The notes beneath the pieces were generated by a model. It made no database searches, was not told the origin of the DNA, and saw only the letters and a program-made list of their open reading frames with translations. The position numbers were made by a program, and so were the translations under genes. This document shows, one piece after another, positions 36,558 through 46,027 of a DNA stretch of 64,000 nt (position 1 is its first letter; the number at the start of each line of letters is the position of its first letter). This DNA comes from Bacteroidales bacterium (GTDB lineage: Bacteria > Bacteroidota > Bacteroidia > Bacteroidales > JAGONC01), in assembly GCA_035342335.1 (NCBI GenBank), contig DAOQWY010000007.1, positions 38,162 to 102,161 of the forward strand. The letters are read 5' to 3'.

Positions 36558-38663
36558 ATGAGTGATACCTTTTCGGGCAACAGGGATTTCGACTCATCAA
36601 ATTTTGTCAGGTTTCTATGGGCTTGGAGAGTACCCATCTTTATCCTGACCTCCATTGCTTTTTTAACTTCGCTGATCTTCTCATCTCCTTTTTTTATCAC
36701 CCCCAAGTATAAATCGGTCGTAGTGCTCTACCCCGTATCAACCAGCTCGGTATCCAAGGCATTGCTGAGCGAAACGTACGGGGGAAAAGAAGACATCATG
36801 GAGTTTGGCGAGGATGAGCAAACCGAGCAGATGCTCCAGATCCTCAATTCGAACCGTATCCGTGACCGGATCATTGAGAAGTATGACCTTATGGACCATT
36901 ATGAAATTGATGCGGGTTCAAAATACAAGCTTACAAGGCTGTATAAGCAGTATGAGAGCAATATCACCTACAGGCGGACGGAATACAATGCTGTGAAGAT
37001 CACCGTAATGGATAAAGATTCACAGCTGGCAGCAGATGTAGCCAATGACATTGCCAATCTGCTCGATTCCATCAAGATCGACATGCAACGGCAACGGGCC
37101 ATACAGGGATTTAAGATCGTTGAGGCTGAATATGTTCAGCGCCTCGCGGAAATCCACCGGATGGAAGATTCATTGACCTACCTTCGCCAGAAAGGGGTTC
37201 ACGATTATGAAACCCAGGCAGAGATGATCAACCAGCAACTGGCCATCGAGATCGCCAAGGACAACAGGAGTGCGATCCGCGCCCTGGAGGATAAACTGGA
37301 TACGCTGGCCAAGTATGGCGGACCTTACGTTTCGCTGCGGGATGCCCTGGAGCATGAAAAAAAACAGCTTAGCGTGCTGAAAAGCAAATATGAAGAAGCC
37401 AAGGTGGATGCTGAGGAGGAGTTACCCCAGAAATTCGTTGTGAGCACGGCCTATGGAGCTGAGCGCAAGTCATATCCGATCCGGTGGCTTATCGTGCTGG
37501 TTTCGACCATTTCAGCTTTTCTTCTGACGATCCTGGCGATCATCGTTATCGAAAATGTTTCTAAAAGCGAGATCATCCCTGCCTCGCCAAAAAAAAAAAT
37601 CAGTTTCAGAATCAGAGTCCCGAAGACTCATTTTGAAATAAAACAACCAGTCAGTGCACATGGTAAGATCTTTAATCATAACAACAAATGGAAAATGGAG
37701 CATTTTTTTAGTAATATAAACCTGCTTCAATTATTCTGGAAGTGGAAATGGCATATCATCATCATCTGCCTGGTGGCAGGCATGTTGGCGGCCATTTTCT
37801 CGGGCCCTTCCTTCCTTAAGCCCAGGTTTAAATCCGTCGGAATCATTTACCCATCCAACATTGCTCCTTATTCTGATGAAAGTGAAACTGAACAGATGGT
37901 GCAGTGGTTGAATTCAAAAGACATCAAGGACAGCATCATCCGGAAATTCAATTTGGCGAAGCACTATAAGATTGATTCCAGCTACAGATATTTCTCTTCA
38001 ACAATCCTGTATAAATACGGACAGAATGTCCAGATCAACAAGACGATGTACGAATCCGTGGAGATTGTCGTTACGGATACCGATCCCAGGCTTGCCTGCG
38101 ATATGGTGAACGAGATCATCCATCAATTGGACATAAAGGTCCAGACAACCCACAGGGAGAAATACATTGAAGTGGTCAGGGCCACAAAAGCGATGCTGGA
38201 TGAGAAGAAAAGGGAGATCGATTCGGTTGAAGCCAAACTGTATGAGTTACGGACCAAATACGAGATCATTGATTACGGCAATCAGACGCGTGAGGTGGCC
38301 AGGGGTTACCTGCGGACGGTAGATGGAGATAATGCGGCCAGGAATATCAATACAGCGGAGGTGCTGAAACTTAAGAAAAATATTGAGGAAAAAGGAGGAG
38401 AGTTCATTTTTTACAATACCCGGCTTTATGATCTGCTTCGTATGTACAGTGAGTTTCAGGAAGATTATGACCGGGCTGTCTTTGATGCCAACAAGGCATT
38501 TACTCACACCAATGTCGTCACGCCGCCGGTGGTGGCTGATAAAAAATCATATCCTGTCCGCTGGATCATTGTATTTCTGACCATGGCCAGCACCCTGCTG
38601 CTGACGACTGTTCTGGTGGTCATCTTTGACAGCCGGCTCAACGAAGCGGTCCGCCAGGGATAA
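36558..38663 (+). CDS. tandem fusion of two Wzz/chain-length-determinant-like (PCP) modules
   Basis: Module 1 (36558-~37590) and module 2 (ATG 37695-38663) are homologous. Each has an N-terminal TM helix (FLWAWRVPIFILTSIAFLTSLIF / LFWKWKWHIIIICLVAGMLAAIF), P(K/R)(Y/F)KSV, TEQM(L/V)Q.LNS..I.D.II.K(Y/F).L..HY(E/K)ID, a long coiled coil and a C-terminal TM helix (KSYPIRWLIVLV / KSYPVRWIIVFL). They are joined through a linker containing A11. Confidence 0.7.
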   Translation: MSDTFSGNRDFDSSNFVRFLWAWRVPIFILTSIAFLTSLIFSSPFFITPKYKSVVVLYPVSTSSVSKALLSETYGGKEDIMEFGEDEQTEQMLQILNSNRIRDRIIEKYDLMDHYEIDAGSKYKLTRLYKQYESNITYRRTEYNAVKITVMDKDSQLAADVANDIANLLDSIKIDMQRQRAIQGFKIVEAEYVQRLAEIHRMEDSLTYLRQKGVHDYETQAEMINQQLAIEIAKDNRSAIRALEDKLDTLAKYGGPYVSLRDALEHEKKQLSVLKSKYEEAKVDAEEELPQKFVVSTAYGAERKSYPIRWLIVLVSTISAFLLTILAIIVIENVSKSEIIPASPKKKISFRIRVPKTHFEIKQPVSAHGKIFNHNNKWKMEHFFSNINLLQLFWKWKWHIIIICLVAGMLAAIFSGPSFLKPRFKSVGIIYPSNIAPYSDESETEQMVQWLNSKDIKDSIIRKFNLAKHYKIDSSYRYFSSTILYKYGQNVQINKTMYESVEIVVTDTDPRLACDMVNEIIHQLDIKVQTTHREKYIEVVRATKAMLDEKKREIDSVEAKLYELRTKYEIIDYGNQTREVARGYLRTVDGDNAARNINTAEVLKLKKNIEEKGGEFIFYNTRLYDLLRMYSEFQEDYDRAVFDANKAFTHTNVVTPPVVADKKSYPVRWIIVFLTMASTLLLTTVLVVIFDSRLNEAVRQG
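37589..37599 (+). repeat. A11 homopolymer in the linker between the two Wzz-like modules
   Basis: Counted directly (gcctcgccAAAAAAAAAAAtcag). It is the longest homopolymer I saw in the window. Confidence 0.9.
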
Positions 38664-38705
38664 CGTTTTTCGGCTTATCCTGTTCATCCGAAAAAATAGA
38701 ACAAA

Positions 38706-40166
38706 TTGATTGAGAAGTATAAATTAAAATGGGTCTACCTGATCAGTGCCTTGTTCATTTTGCTGACCATTGGGCTCATTTTGACGGAGCGTTATTATTT
38801 TGCCCTGTTGGTGCCCCTGCTGCTGATCATCGCCCTCCTTTATATCTTCACGCTTGACAAGGTCCTTTTGCTGGTCGTTTTTCTCACACCGCTTGCCGTT
38901 AACGTCAGGGACATCGACATTGGGATAGGGATTTCCATCCCCACCGAGCCTCTTCTTTTCGGTGTTCTGGTTTTGTTCCTTCTGAGAATCCTTTACAGGA
39001 ACGATTATGACCGCAGGATTTTGCGACATCCGGTCAGCATCATCATTATGATCAGCTTGCTGTGGATGCTGTTTACCAGCCTGACGAGTGAAATCCCCCT
39101 GGTTTCCTTCAAATATCTGATCGCCCGCCTCTGGTTTGTCATCCCGTTTTATTTCCTTGGCATTCTTATTTTCCGGAAAATAAAGAACATTAAGCTTTTC
39201 AGCTGGCTTTACATTATTCCGCTGATGGCCGTGATCGCCTACACAATTTATAATCATTCCAAACTGGGATTTGATGAGGAAGCCGGTCACTGGGTCATGA
39301 CACCGTTTTACAATGATCACACGGCCTACGGCGCCATCCTGGCCTTGTTCATCCCTGTGTTCACAGGATTCATTTTTGATAAAACGTATTCCAGAACCAT
39401 GCGACTTGCATCCTCCGGTGTGGTGGCGGTATTGATCACGGCGTTGATACTCTCCTTCAGCAGGGCAGCCTGGGTAAGCCTTGCCGCTGGTGTTGTCATC
39501 TACCTCGTCATTTTATTGCGGATCAGGTTCAGATGGATACTTCTGACCATTGGTGTTTTCATTGGTATTTTCATGATGTTCAAGTGGGAGATCCTGGATG
39601 CACTGGAGAAGAACAAGCAGGATTCTTCGGCGAATTTCATTGAGCACGTGCAGTCCATCTCCAATATTTCATCTGATGCTTCCAATCTGGAGCGCATCAA
39701 CCGCTGGCAATCGGCCCTGAGGATGTACAATGAACGACCGTTCTGGGGTTGGGGCCCGGGCACCTACCAGTTTTTGTACGCTCCTTTCCAGCGAACCAAG
39801 GAAAAAACGATCATCAGCACCAATTTCGGCGACATGGGCAATGCCCACAGTGAATACATCGGACCCCTGGCAGAGTCGGGATTGCCCGGGATGCTCATCA
39901 TGGTCGCACTGGTGGTGAGCTTTTTCATTACAGGGCTGAGGGTTTACAGGGAACCAGCATCACGTGAGGTGAAACTGATTACGCTGGTCATTCTTCTGGG
40001 ATTGATGACCTATTTCATCCACGGAATACTGAACAACTTCCTCGATACGGACAAGGCTTCCGTTCCGGTCTGGGCGATGATCGGAATGCTGGTGGCATTG
40101 GATCTTTACCACCGGAAGGGAAGACAGCAACCTGATGTTCAGGGGGATAGTCCTGCAAGGGAGTAG
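38706..40166 (+). CDS. O-antigen ligase / O-antigen polymerase (Wzy_C) family membrane protein
   Basis: About 11 TM helices. LSFSRAAWVSLAAG plus a periplasmic loop with NAHSEYIGPLAESGLPGML fits the Wzy_C pattern. TTG start, so the 5' end is uncertain. Confidence 0.7.
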   Translation: MIEKYKLKWVYLISALFILLTIGLILTERYYFALLVPLLLIIALLYIFTLDKVLLLVVFLTPLAVNVRDIDIGIGISIPTEPLLFGVLVLFLLRILYRNDYDRRILRHPVSIIIMISLLWMLFTSLTSEIPLVSFKYLIARLWFVIPFYFLGILIFRKIKNIKLFSWLYIIPLMAVIAYTIYNHSKLGFDEEAGHWVMTPFYNDHTAYGAILALFIPVFTGFIFDKTYSRTMRLASSGVVAVLITALILSFSRAAWVSLAAGVVIYLVILLRIRFRWILLTIGVFIGIFMMFKWEILDALEKNKQDSSANFIEHVQSISNISSDASNLERINRWQSALRMYNERPFWGWGPGTYQFLYAPFQRTKEKTIISTNFGDMGNAHSEYIGPLAESGLPGMLIMVALVVSFFITGLRVYREPASREVKLITLVILLGLMTYFIHGILNNFLDTDKASVPVWAMIGMLVALDLYHRKGRQQPDVQGDSPARE

Positions 40167-40167
40167 A

Positions 40168-41100
40168 TCATTTCCGGTGTTTGCTCAGAAAATCCGGAAG
40201 CTGACGCAGAGCCGCCAATTCTCTCCATTTTCTTCCAACCTCGTCGACAGGTATTCCAAAGTAGGTCTTATGGGGTTCGAGGGATTTATCAACTGCGGAA
40301 GTGGCAAGGATCACGGCACCTTCACCGATGACCAGGTCCTTGTTGATGGCCACCCTGGCCCAGACGATGACATTGTCTTCAATCCGCGTCACGCCGGCAA
40401 TGGCAGCAAAAGCTCCGATAAGGCAATGTTTCCCGATGCAGGTATCATGCCCGACCTGCACGTGGTTGTCCAGCTTTGTGCCCGCACCGAGGGTGGTATT
40501 CCCTGAAACGCCCCGGTCGATGGAACAAAGTGCTCCAATCTCCACGTGGTCTTCAATGATCACTGATCCGCAGGACTTTAGCTTTCGGTAGGCGCCGTTT
40601 TTTTTCTGGAAATAATACGCATCGGCTCCCAGGACACTGTTTGCGTGAATGATCACATGGTTCCCGATCGTGCAGCCATCGTAAATACTTACATTTGAAT
40701 GGATGAGGCAGTTTTCGCCAATGGTGACATCGTTGCCGATAAATGCACCCGGCTGAATGATGGTTCCCTTTCCTATACGTGCCTCTGGGCTGACGGGAAC
40801 CGTGGTGGGTGTGAATGGACTGTAACGGTTCACCAGAAGATTATAATCGCGGAAAGGATCGGTGGATACCAGGATCGCTTTTCCGGCCGGCACCTCGACC
40901 TCTTTATTGATCAGGATCGTGGTGGCCTCTGAAAGAAGGGCTTTGTCGTAATACTTGGGATGATCAACGAAGGTGAGGTCGCCGGGCTCGACCATATGGA
41001 TCTCATTGATGCCTGTGATGAGCAGCCCGGGTTCGCCCCTGGGCATGGCACCCGTCAGGGAAGCAACAAACTCAAGGGTAAGGGGAGGATTGAATTTCAT
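40168..41100 (-). CDS. lpxD: UDP-3-O-acylglucosamine N-acyltransferase paralogue (short LpxD-like)
   Basis: N-terminal LTLEFVASLTGA...ITGINEIHMVEPGDLTFVDHPKY, then left-handed beta-helix hexapeptide repeats and a helical C-terminus. 310 aa against 342 aa for the copy at 46028-47056. Confidence 0.75.
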   Translation of the reverse strand: MKFNPPLTLEFVASLTGAMPRGEPGLLITGINEIHMVEPGDLTFVDHPKYYDKALLSEATTILINKEVEVPAGKAILVSTDPFRDYNLLVNRYSPFTPTTVPVSPEARIGKGTIIQPGAFIGNDVTIGENCLIHSNVSIYDGCTIGNHVIIHANSVLGADAYYFQKKNGAYRKLKSCGSVIIEDHVEIGALCSIDRGVSGNTTLGAGTKLDNHVQVGHDTCIGKHCLIGAFAAIAGVTRIEDNVIVWARVAINKDLVIGEGAVILATSAVDKSLEPHKTYFGIPVDEVGRKWRELAALRQLPDFLSKHRK

Positions 41101-41111
41101 GGATGATCTGC

Positions 41112-41678
41112 TTATTCTCTGACCCGTTCACCATATTCTCCGGTCCGCGTGTCGACGCGGATCTTATCCCCCTCATTGATGAACAGCGGCACCCTGACGA
41201 TGGCGCCGGTTTCGACCGTGGCTTCTTTCAGGGTGTTGGTGGCGGTGTTACCTCTTTCCCCCGGTTCTGTGTAGGTGATCTCAAGGGTGACAAAGGGAGG
41301 GAGCTCGCAGTACAAGGGTGTTTCCGTATCAGCATGGAAAACGATCTCGACTTCCTGGCCGTCTTTCAGCAGGGCAGGGGCGTTGATGAGCTCTTCATCG
41401 ATGGGCACCTGTTCATAGGTCTGCGTATGCATGAACATGTACGTGATATCTTCTTTATAGAGATACTGGTAAGGCCGGCGTTCCACCCGGGCCACGTCGA
41501 TCCTGACGCCCGAATTGAAGGTGTTGGCCAGGACTTTGCCGGTTTTCAGGTTCTTGAGCTTTGTGCGGACAAATGCCCCGCCTTTGCCGGGTTTGACATG
41601 TTGAAATTCGATGATGGTATAGAGCTCATTGTCAAGCTCTATGCACAATCCATTCCTGAAATCTGCTGTTGTGGCCAT
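41112..41678 (-). CDS. efp: elongation factor P
   Basis: Start trimmed to the ATG at 41678. [49 protein letters not shown] is a textbook EF-P N-terminus. 188 aa. Confidence 0.9.
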   Translation of the reverse strand: MATTADFRNGLCIELDNELYTIIEFQHVKPGKGGAFVRTKLKNLKTGKVLANTFNSGVRIDVARVERRPYQYLYKEDITYMFMHTQTYEQVPIDEELINAPALLKDGQEVEIVFHADTETPLYCELPPFVTLEITYTEPGERGNTATNTLKEATVETGAIVRVPLFINEGDKIRVDTRTGEYGERVRE

Positions 41679-41717
41679 TTGAAAAGTGTTTTTAGCGGGA
41701 ACGTTGCAAAAGAGGTG

Positions 41718-41725
41718 CAAAGATA
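41718..41725 (-). promoter_or_regulatory. candidate -7 box TATCTTTG upstream of efp
   Basis: TAnnTTTG match on the minus strand, about 40 nt upstream of the ATG at 41678. It lies inside the over-extended track ORF 41112-41867. Confidence 0.3.
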
Positions 41726-41769
41726 ATTCAAAATCGGAAACGTCCAACTCATCAATGGAAGATAAATGA

Positions 41770-43821
41770 TTACTTTTCTGAAAGGAATTCCTGTACTTTT
41801 CGGGCAATCGTTTCAGGATCGAATCCGAATTTTTCATCCAGCACCTCTGCCGGGGCTGAATAGCCAAAGTGATCCATTCCCATCACTTGTCCTTTGCCAC
41901 CTGCCAGTCCCTGCAGGGTGACGGGCAGGCCGGCGGTGAGTCCGAAGACCGGTACGCCATCCGGCAGGATCATTTTCTGATAATCGATTGGCTGGCGACG
42001 GAACAATCCTTCCGAGATGGCGGAAACGACACGGGAGGATACCCCTTTTTCCTGAAGCAACTTCGCCACTTCGTACAGGGTTGCCACTTCCGATCCGTTT
42101 GCCAGAAGGATGACATCCGGATGTTCTCCGAAAGCACAGACGGTGCAGGCACCCTTTTGTGCCCCGAGAGCGGCCTGGTAACTGGAGGTTCCTTTTGGTG
42201 CTGGCAGATCCCGGATGGACTGCCGTGACAGGATCAGGGCAGTAGGTGTTTTCCGGTTTTCCAGAGCCATTTTCCAGGCCACCTTGGTCTCGTTGCCATC
42301 GGCCGGCCGCAAAACAAGGATGCTGTTCTCTCCATCATGATTTTTTAACTTTTCCAGCAGACGGATCTGTGCTTCCTGTTCCACGGGTTGATGTGTGGGG
42401 CCATCTTCTCCTACCCGGAACGAATCGTGCGTCCAGATGTAGATCACCGGCAGGCCCATCAGCGCCGCCAGGCGCACGGCCGGCTTCATGTAGTCGGAAA
42501 ATACGAGAAAGGTGCCGCAGGCCACATACAGTCCCCCGTGGAGGGCAATGCCATTGGCAATGGCAGCCATCGAAAGCTCGGAGACACCCGCGTGCAGGAA
42601 TGTCCCTGTGAAATCCTGATGGGTGAGGGGTTTGCTGTTTTTGAGAAATCCGTCGGTCTTATCGCTGTTGGCAAGATCGGCCGACATCACCAGCAAGTTG
42701 TCGAGGCTGACGGAAAGGTACTCCAGTATGTTGGAGGAAGCCATGCGGGTGGCTTTTCCCGGGTCAAGTGAGATGGCCTCAAAATCCAGGTCGGGGAGCT
42801 TGCCGGACATAAAGCGTTGATATGCAGCTGCTTTTGCAGGATGTGTCTGCATCCACGCTGTTTCATCCGCTTTTCGGATCGTTGCCGATCTGATCTTTTC
42901 CTGCCGGATGCGGGCATAATAGGAGTCCACCTCCGGGCATACCGCAAAAGGATTCTGAGGATCGCCGCCCAGGTTCCGGATCGTGTTTTCGATGGAAGCC
43001 CCTGCCTTGCTAAGCGGTTGTCCATGGGTGGAATAATGGCCTTCGAGGGATTCTCCCTGTGCCGTAAGGGTCCCTTTGGCCATGATGGTTTTTCCGATGA
43101 TCAGCGTAGGGCGCTGTTTTTCGCTGACGGCAGCATCCAGCGCCTTCCTGATCTCCCGGTGATCGTGTCCATCGATCGTGAGTACCTGCCATCCCCAGGC
43201 TTCGTACTTGCGGGCCGTATCTTCACGGGTTACCGCACTGGTGAGGGTCGAAAGCTGGGCGTCATTGGAGTCGAAGAACATGATCAGGTTGTTCAGCCCG
43301 AGAAATCCGGCGATGCGGCCCACACCCTGTGATATTTCCTCCTGGATGCCTCCATCGGAGATAAGGGTGAAGATTCTGTGTTCCATCCAGTTCCCGAAGC
43401 GGTTTGTCAGGTGACGTTCGGCAAGGGCTGCACCAGTGGCCATGGCATGCCCCAGCCCAAGCGGGCCTGATGTGTTCTCGATCCCGTGCCGGATATCCAG
43501 CTCGGGATGGCCTGGGGTAGGACTGCCCCACTGCCTGAAATTTTTAAGATCATCTTCCGTATAGATGCCATAGAGGTAAAGGACTGCGTAGAGCAGGGCC
43601 GACAGATGGCCGGGATCAAGGAAGAACCGGTCCCTCAGATCCCATTCGGGGTCCGAAGGATCAAAGCGCAGGTACTCGGCAAAGAGGATCTGAATGAAAT
43701 CCGCCGCTCCCAGAGCTCCACCGGGGTGTCCCGACCGGGCTTTTTCGACCATGGCAGCGCACAGAACACGGAGATTGTCGGCTGCGTTTAGGGCGATCTG
43801 GTTTTCGTGGGAGTTATCCAT
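41770..43821 (-). CDS. tkt: transketolase
   Basis: [24 protein letters not shown] (GDG-type ThDP motif) and [19 protein letters not shown]. 683 aa. Its start overlaps the lpxA stop by 8 nt. Confidence 0.9.
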   Translation of the reverse strand: MDNSHENQIALNAADNLRVLCAAMVEKARSGHPGGALGAADFIQILFAEYLRFDPSDPEWDLRDRFFLDPGHLSALLYAVLYLYGIYTEDDLKNFRQWGSPTPGHPELDIRHGIENTSGPLGLGHAMATGAALAERHLTNRFGNWMEHRIFTLISDGGIQEEISQGVGRIAGFLGLNNLIMFFDSNDAQLSTLTSAVTREDTARKYEAWGWQVLTIDGHDHREIRKALDAAVSEKQRPTLIIGKTIMAKGTLTAQGESLEGHYSTHGQPLSKAGASIENTIRNLGGDPQNPFAVCPEVDSYYARIRQEKIRSATIRKADETAWMQTHPAKAAAYQRFMSGKLPDLDFEAISLDPGKATRMASSNILEYLSVSLDNLLVMSADLANSDKTDGFLKNSKPLTHQDFTGTFLHAGVSELSMAAIANGIALHGGLYVACGTFLVFSDYMKPAVRLAALMGLPVIYIWTHDSFRVGEDGPTHQPVEQEAQIRLLEKLKNHDGENSILVLRPADGNETKVAWKMALENRKTPTALILSRQSIRDLPAPKGTSSYQAALGAQKGACTVCAFGEHPDVILLANGSEVATLYEVAKLLQEKGVSSRVVSAISEGLFRRQPIDYQKMILPDGVPVFGLTAGLPVTLQGLAGGKGQVMGMDHFGYSAPAEVLDEKFGFDPETIARKVQEFLSEK

Positions 43822-44605
43822 TTGAATAACGTGAGAATCCCTTCATGATGCCACGGCTCGAACGGGCAATAAAGCTCAGTATCTCATCCCGTTCAGGGGA
43901 TACGCGAAAATCAGCTTCAATGATGGAGACTGCCTGGGAAACGTTTTTCCCTTTGATATAGATGAAGCGATAGATATCCTGGATCTCATTGATCTGGGCC
44001 TGGGTAAATCCCCTGCGCCGAAGACCGATCGAATTGACCCCGATGTAGGAAAGTGGCTCCCTGGCTGCTTTGACATAAGGCGGGACATCTTTTCTGACGA
44101 GAGCGCCTCCTCCGACAAGTGAATGACAGCCAATGTGCACGAACTGGTGCACTGCGGCCAGGCCGCCCACAATGGCCCAGTCGTCGATAACGATGTGACC
44201 GGCCAGGTTGGCCGCGTTGGAAAGAATCACATGGTTGCCCAGGATGCAATCGTGTGCCACATGTGCATAGGCCATGATAAGGCAATTCTCTCCAATGACG
44301 GTCTCATAATTGGCCTTGGTCCCCCTGTTGATGGTCGCAAACTCGCGGACGGTGGTGTTGTTACCGATCTTGACCATGGTTTCCTCCCCGTCGAATTTCA
44401 AATCCTGCGGAATGGCAGCGATGACAGCTCCCGGGAAGATCCTGCAGTTCTTGCCGATCCGGGCACCTTCCATGATGGTCACATGGGATCCGATCCAGGT
44501 GCCTTCTCCAATCTCCACATTCTTCTCGACGTTGACAAAGGGCTCAATAACTACGGTATTGGCAATCCTGGCCTGCGGATGAACATATGCTAACGGTTGT
44601 GTCAT
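43814..44605 (-). CDS. lpxA: acyl-ACP--UDP-N-acetylglucosamine O-acyltransferase
   Basis: YVHPQARIANTVVIEPF, hexapeptide repeats, HVAHDCILGNH, and C-terminal IGLRRRGF...I. 263 aa. Confidence 0.9.
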   Translation of the reverse strand: MTQPLAYVHPQARIANTVVIEPFVNVEKNVEIGEGTWIGSHVTIMEGARIGKNCRIFPGAVIAAIPQDLKFDGEETMVKIGNNTTVREFATINRGTKANYETVIGENCLIMAYAHVAHDCILGNHVILSNAANLAGHIVIDDWAIVGGLAAVHQFVHIGCHSLVGGGALVRKDVPPYVKAAREPLSYIGVNSIGLRRRGFTQAQINEIQDIYRFIYIKGKNVSQAVSIIEADFRVSPERDEILSFIARSSRGIMKGFSRYSNG

Positions 44606-46026
44606 AGATTTTTGGTCTTTTTTACTAATTGAGCCATTAATTCGGCTTCTGTCACAATTTTGTCACCGACATAGACATAACCTTTCATATGGCAGATGCC
44701 TCTTCGGATTGGAGCAACCAGGTCAAGTTTAAATACCAGTGTGTCACCGGGTAACACTTTCTGCCGGAATTTTGCATTATCAATTTTAAGAAAGTAGGCT
44801 ATATATTCCTTGGGATCCGGAACGCTGCTCAAGGCCAGGATCCCTCCTGTTTGCGCCATGGCTTCCACCTGGAGCACGCCGGGCATGACAGGCTCGCCGG
44901 GAAAATGCCCGACAAAGAAAGGCTCATTCATCGTCACATTTTTCATGGCGATCACCCTCCGGTCCGTCAATTCCAGAACCCTGTCGATCAACAGGAAAGG
45001 AGGACGATGCGGGAGGATGTTCTGGATCTCGTTAATGCCATAGAGTGGTGGCCGTGAAGGATCGATGAAGGGAGCTTTTTCTTTCTTTGCCTGCGATCTT
45101 CCGTGTTCTTTGATCAGGCGTGCCAGTTGAATGTTGGCACCGTGACCGGGGCGGTTTGCGATGATATGTCCCTTGATGGGTTTTCCCACCAGGGCCAGAT
45201 CCCCGACCACATCCAGCAGTTTATGGCGCGCAGGTTCGTTGGGATAATGCAAGCGGACGTTGTTCAGGATACCTTCTTTCAGAATGGTCACGCGGGGCTT
45301 GTTAAAGAAGGCAGCCAGCCTGTCGAGCTCATCCTGTGAAATGATCTTGTCGACAAAAACAATGGCATTGTCCAGGTCGCCGCCCCGGATCAGGTTGTTC
45401 TGAATGAGGTATTCCAGTTCGTGCAGAAAAACGAATGTACGGCAATCGGATATCTGGTCCCGGAAATCTTCGATGCGGTCGAGTGTGGCATACTGGTTCG
45501 TCAGCACGGTCGAGTCATAATCGACCATGACCGACAGCCTGTACGATTTGGCAGGAACAGCAATCAGCTCAACCTTGTTGCTTGGCTCCTGGAAGGAGAG
45601 GACCTCTTCGATCTCAATGAACTCTCTGAAAGCATCCTGTTCGACGATCCCTGCTTTTTCCAGGGCATCGACATACATTTTTGAGCTGCCGTCGAGGATG
45701 GGCGTTTCCTGGCAATCAATCCCGATCAGTACGTTGTCGATCTGCAGACCGACCAGGGCGGCCAGTGCATGTTCGGCCGTCATTATTCTTGCTCCGTCCT
45801 GCTCCAGCGTTGTTCCTCGTGACACATCCACCACCCGGTCAACATCGGCATCGATGACGGGCTGGTCTTTCAGGTCGGTACGTTTGAATTTTATTCCATG
45901 GCCCACGGGTGCCGGAAAAAAGGTCAGTGTTACATGCTGGCCCGTGTGAAGGCCATTTCCGGAGATGACGAACGAATTCTTTATGGTTCTTTGCAAACCG
46001 TCCATTGTGGCTGCAAACATAACCAT
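44602..46026 (-). CDS. lpxC/fabZ: bifunctional UDP-3-O-acyl-GlcNAc deacetylase / 3-hydroxyacyl-ACP dehydratase
   Basis: N-terminal QRTIKNSFVISGNGLHTG and HKLLDVVGDLAL are LpxC. C-terminal LPHRPPFLLIDRV...VGHFPGEPVMPGVL is FabZ. This fusion is typical of Bacteroidota. Confidence 0.9.
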   Translation of the reverse strand: MVMFAATMDGLQRTIKNSFVISGNGLHTGQHVTLTFFPAPVGHGIKFKRTDLKDQPVIDADVDRVVDVSRGTTLEQDGARIMTAEHALAALVGLQIDNVLIGIDCQETPILDGSSKMYVDALEKAGIVEQDAFREFIEIEEVLSFQEPSNKVELIAVPAKSYRLSVMVDYDSTVLTNQYATLDRIEDFRDQISDCRTFVFLHELEYLIQNNLIRGGDLDNAIVFVDKIISQDELDRLAAFFNKPRVTILKEGILNNVRLHYPNEPARHKLLDVVGDLALVGKPIKGHIIANRPGHGANIQLARLIKEHGRSQAKKEKAPFIDPSRPPLYGINEIQNILPHRPPFLLIDRVLELTDRRVIAMKNVTMNEPFFVGHFPGEPVMPGVLQVEAMAQTGGILALSSVPDPKEYIAYFLKIDNAKFRQKVLPGDTLVFKLDLVAPIRRGICHMKGYVYVGDKIVTEAELMAQLVKKTKNL

Positions 46027-46027
46027 A

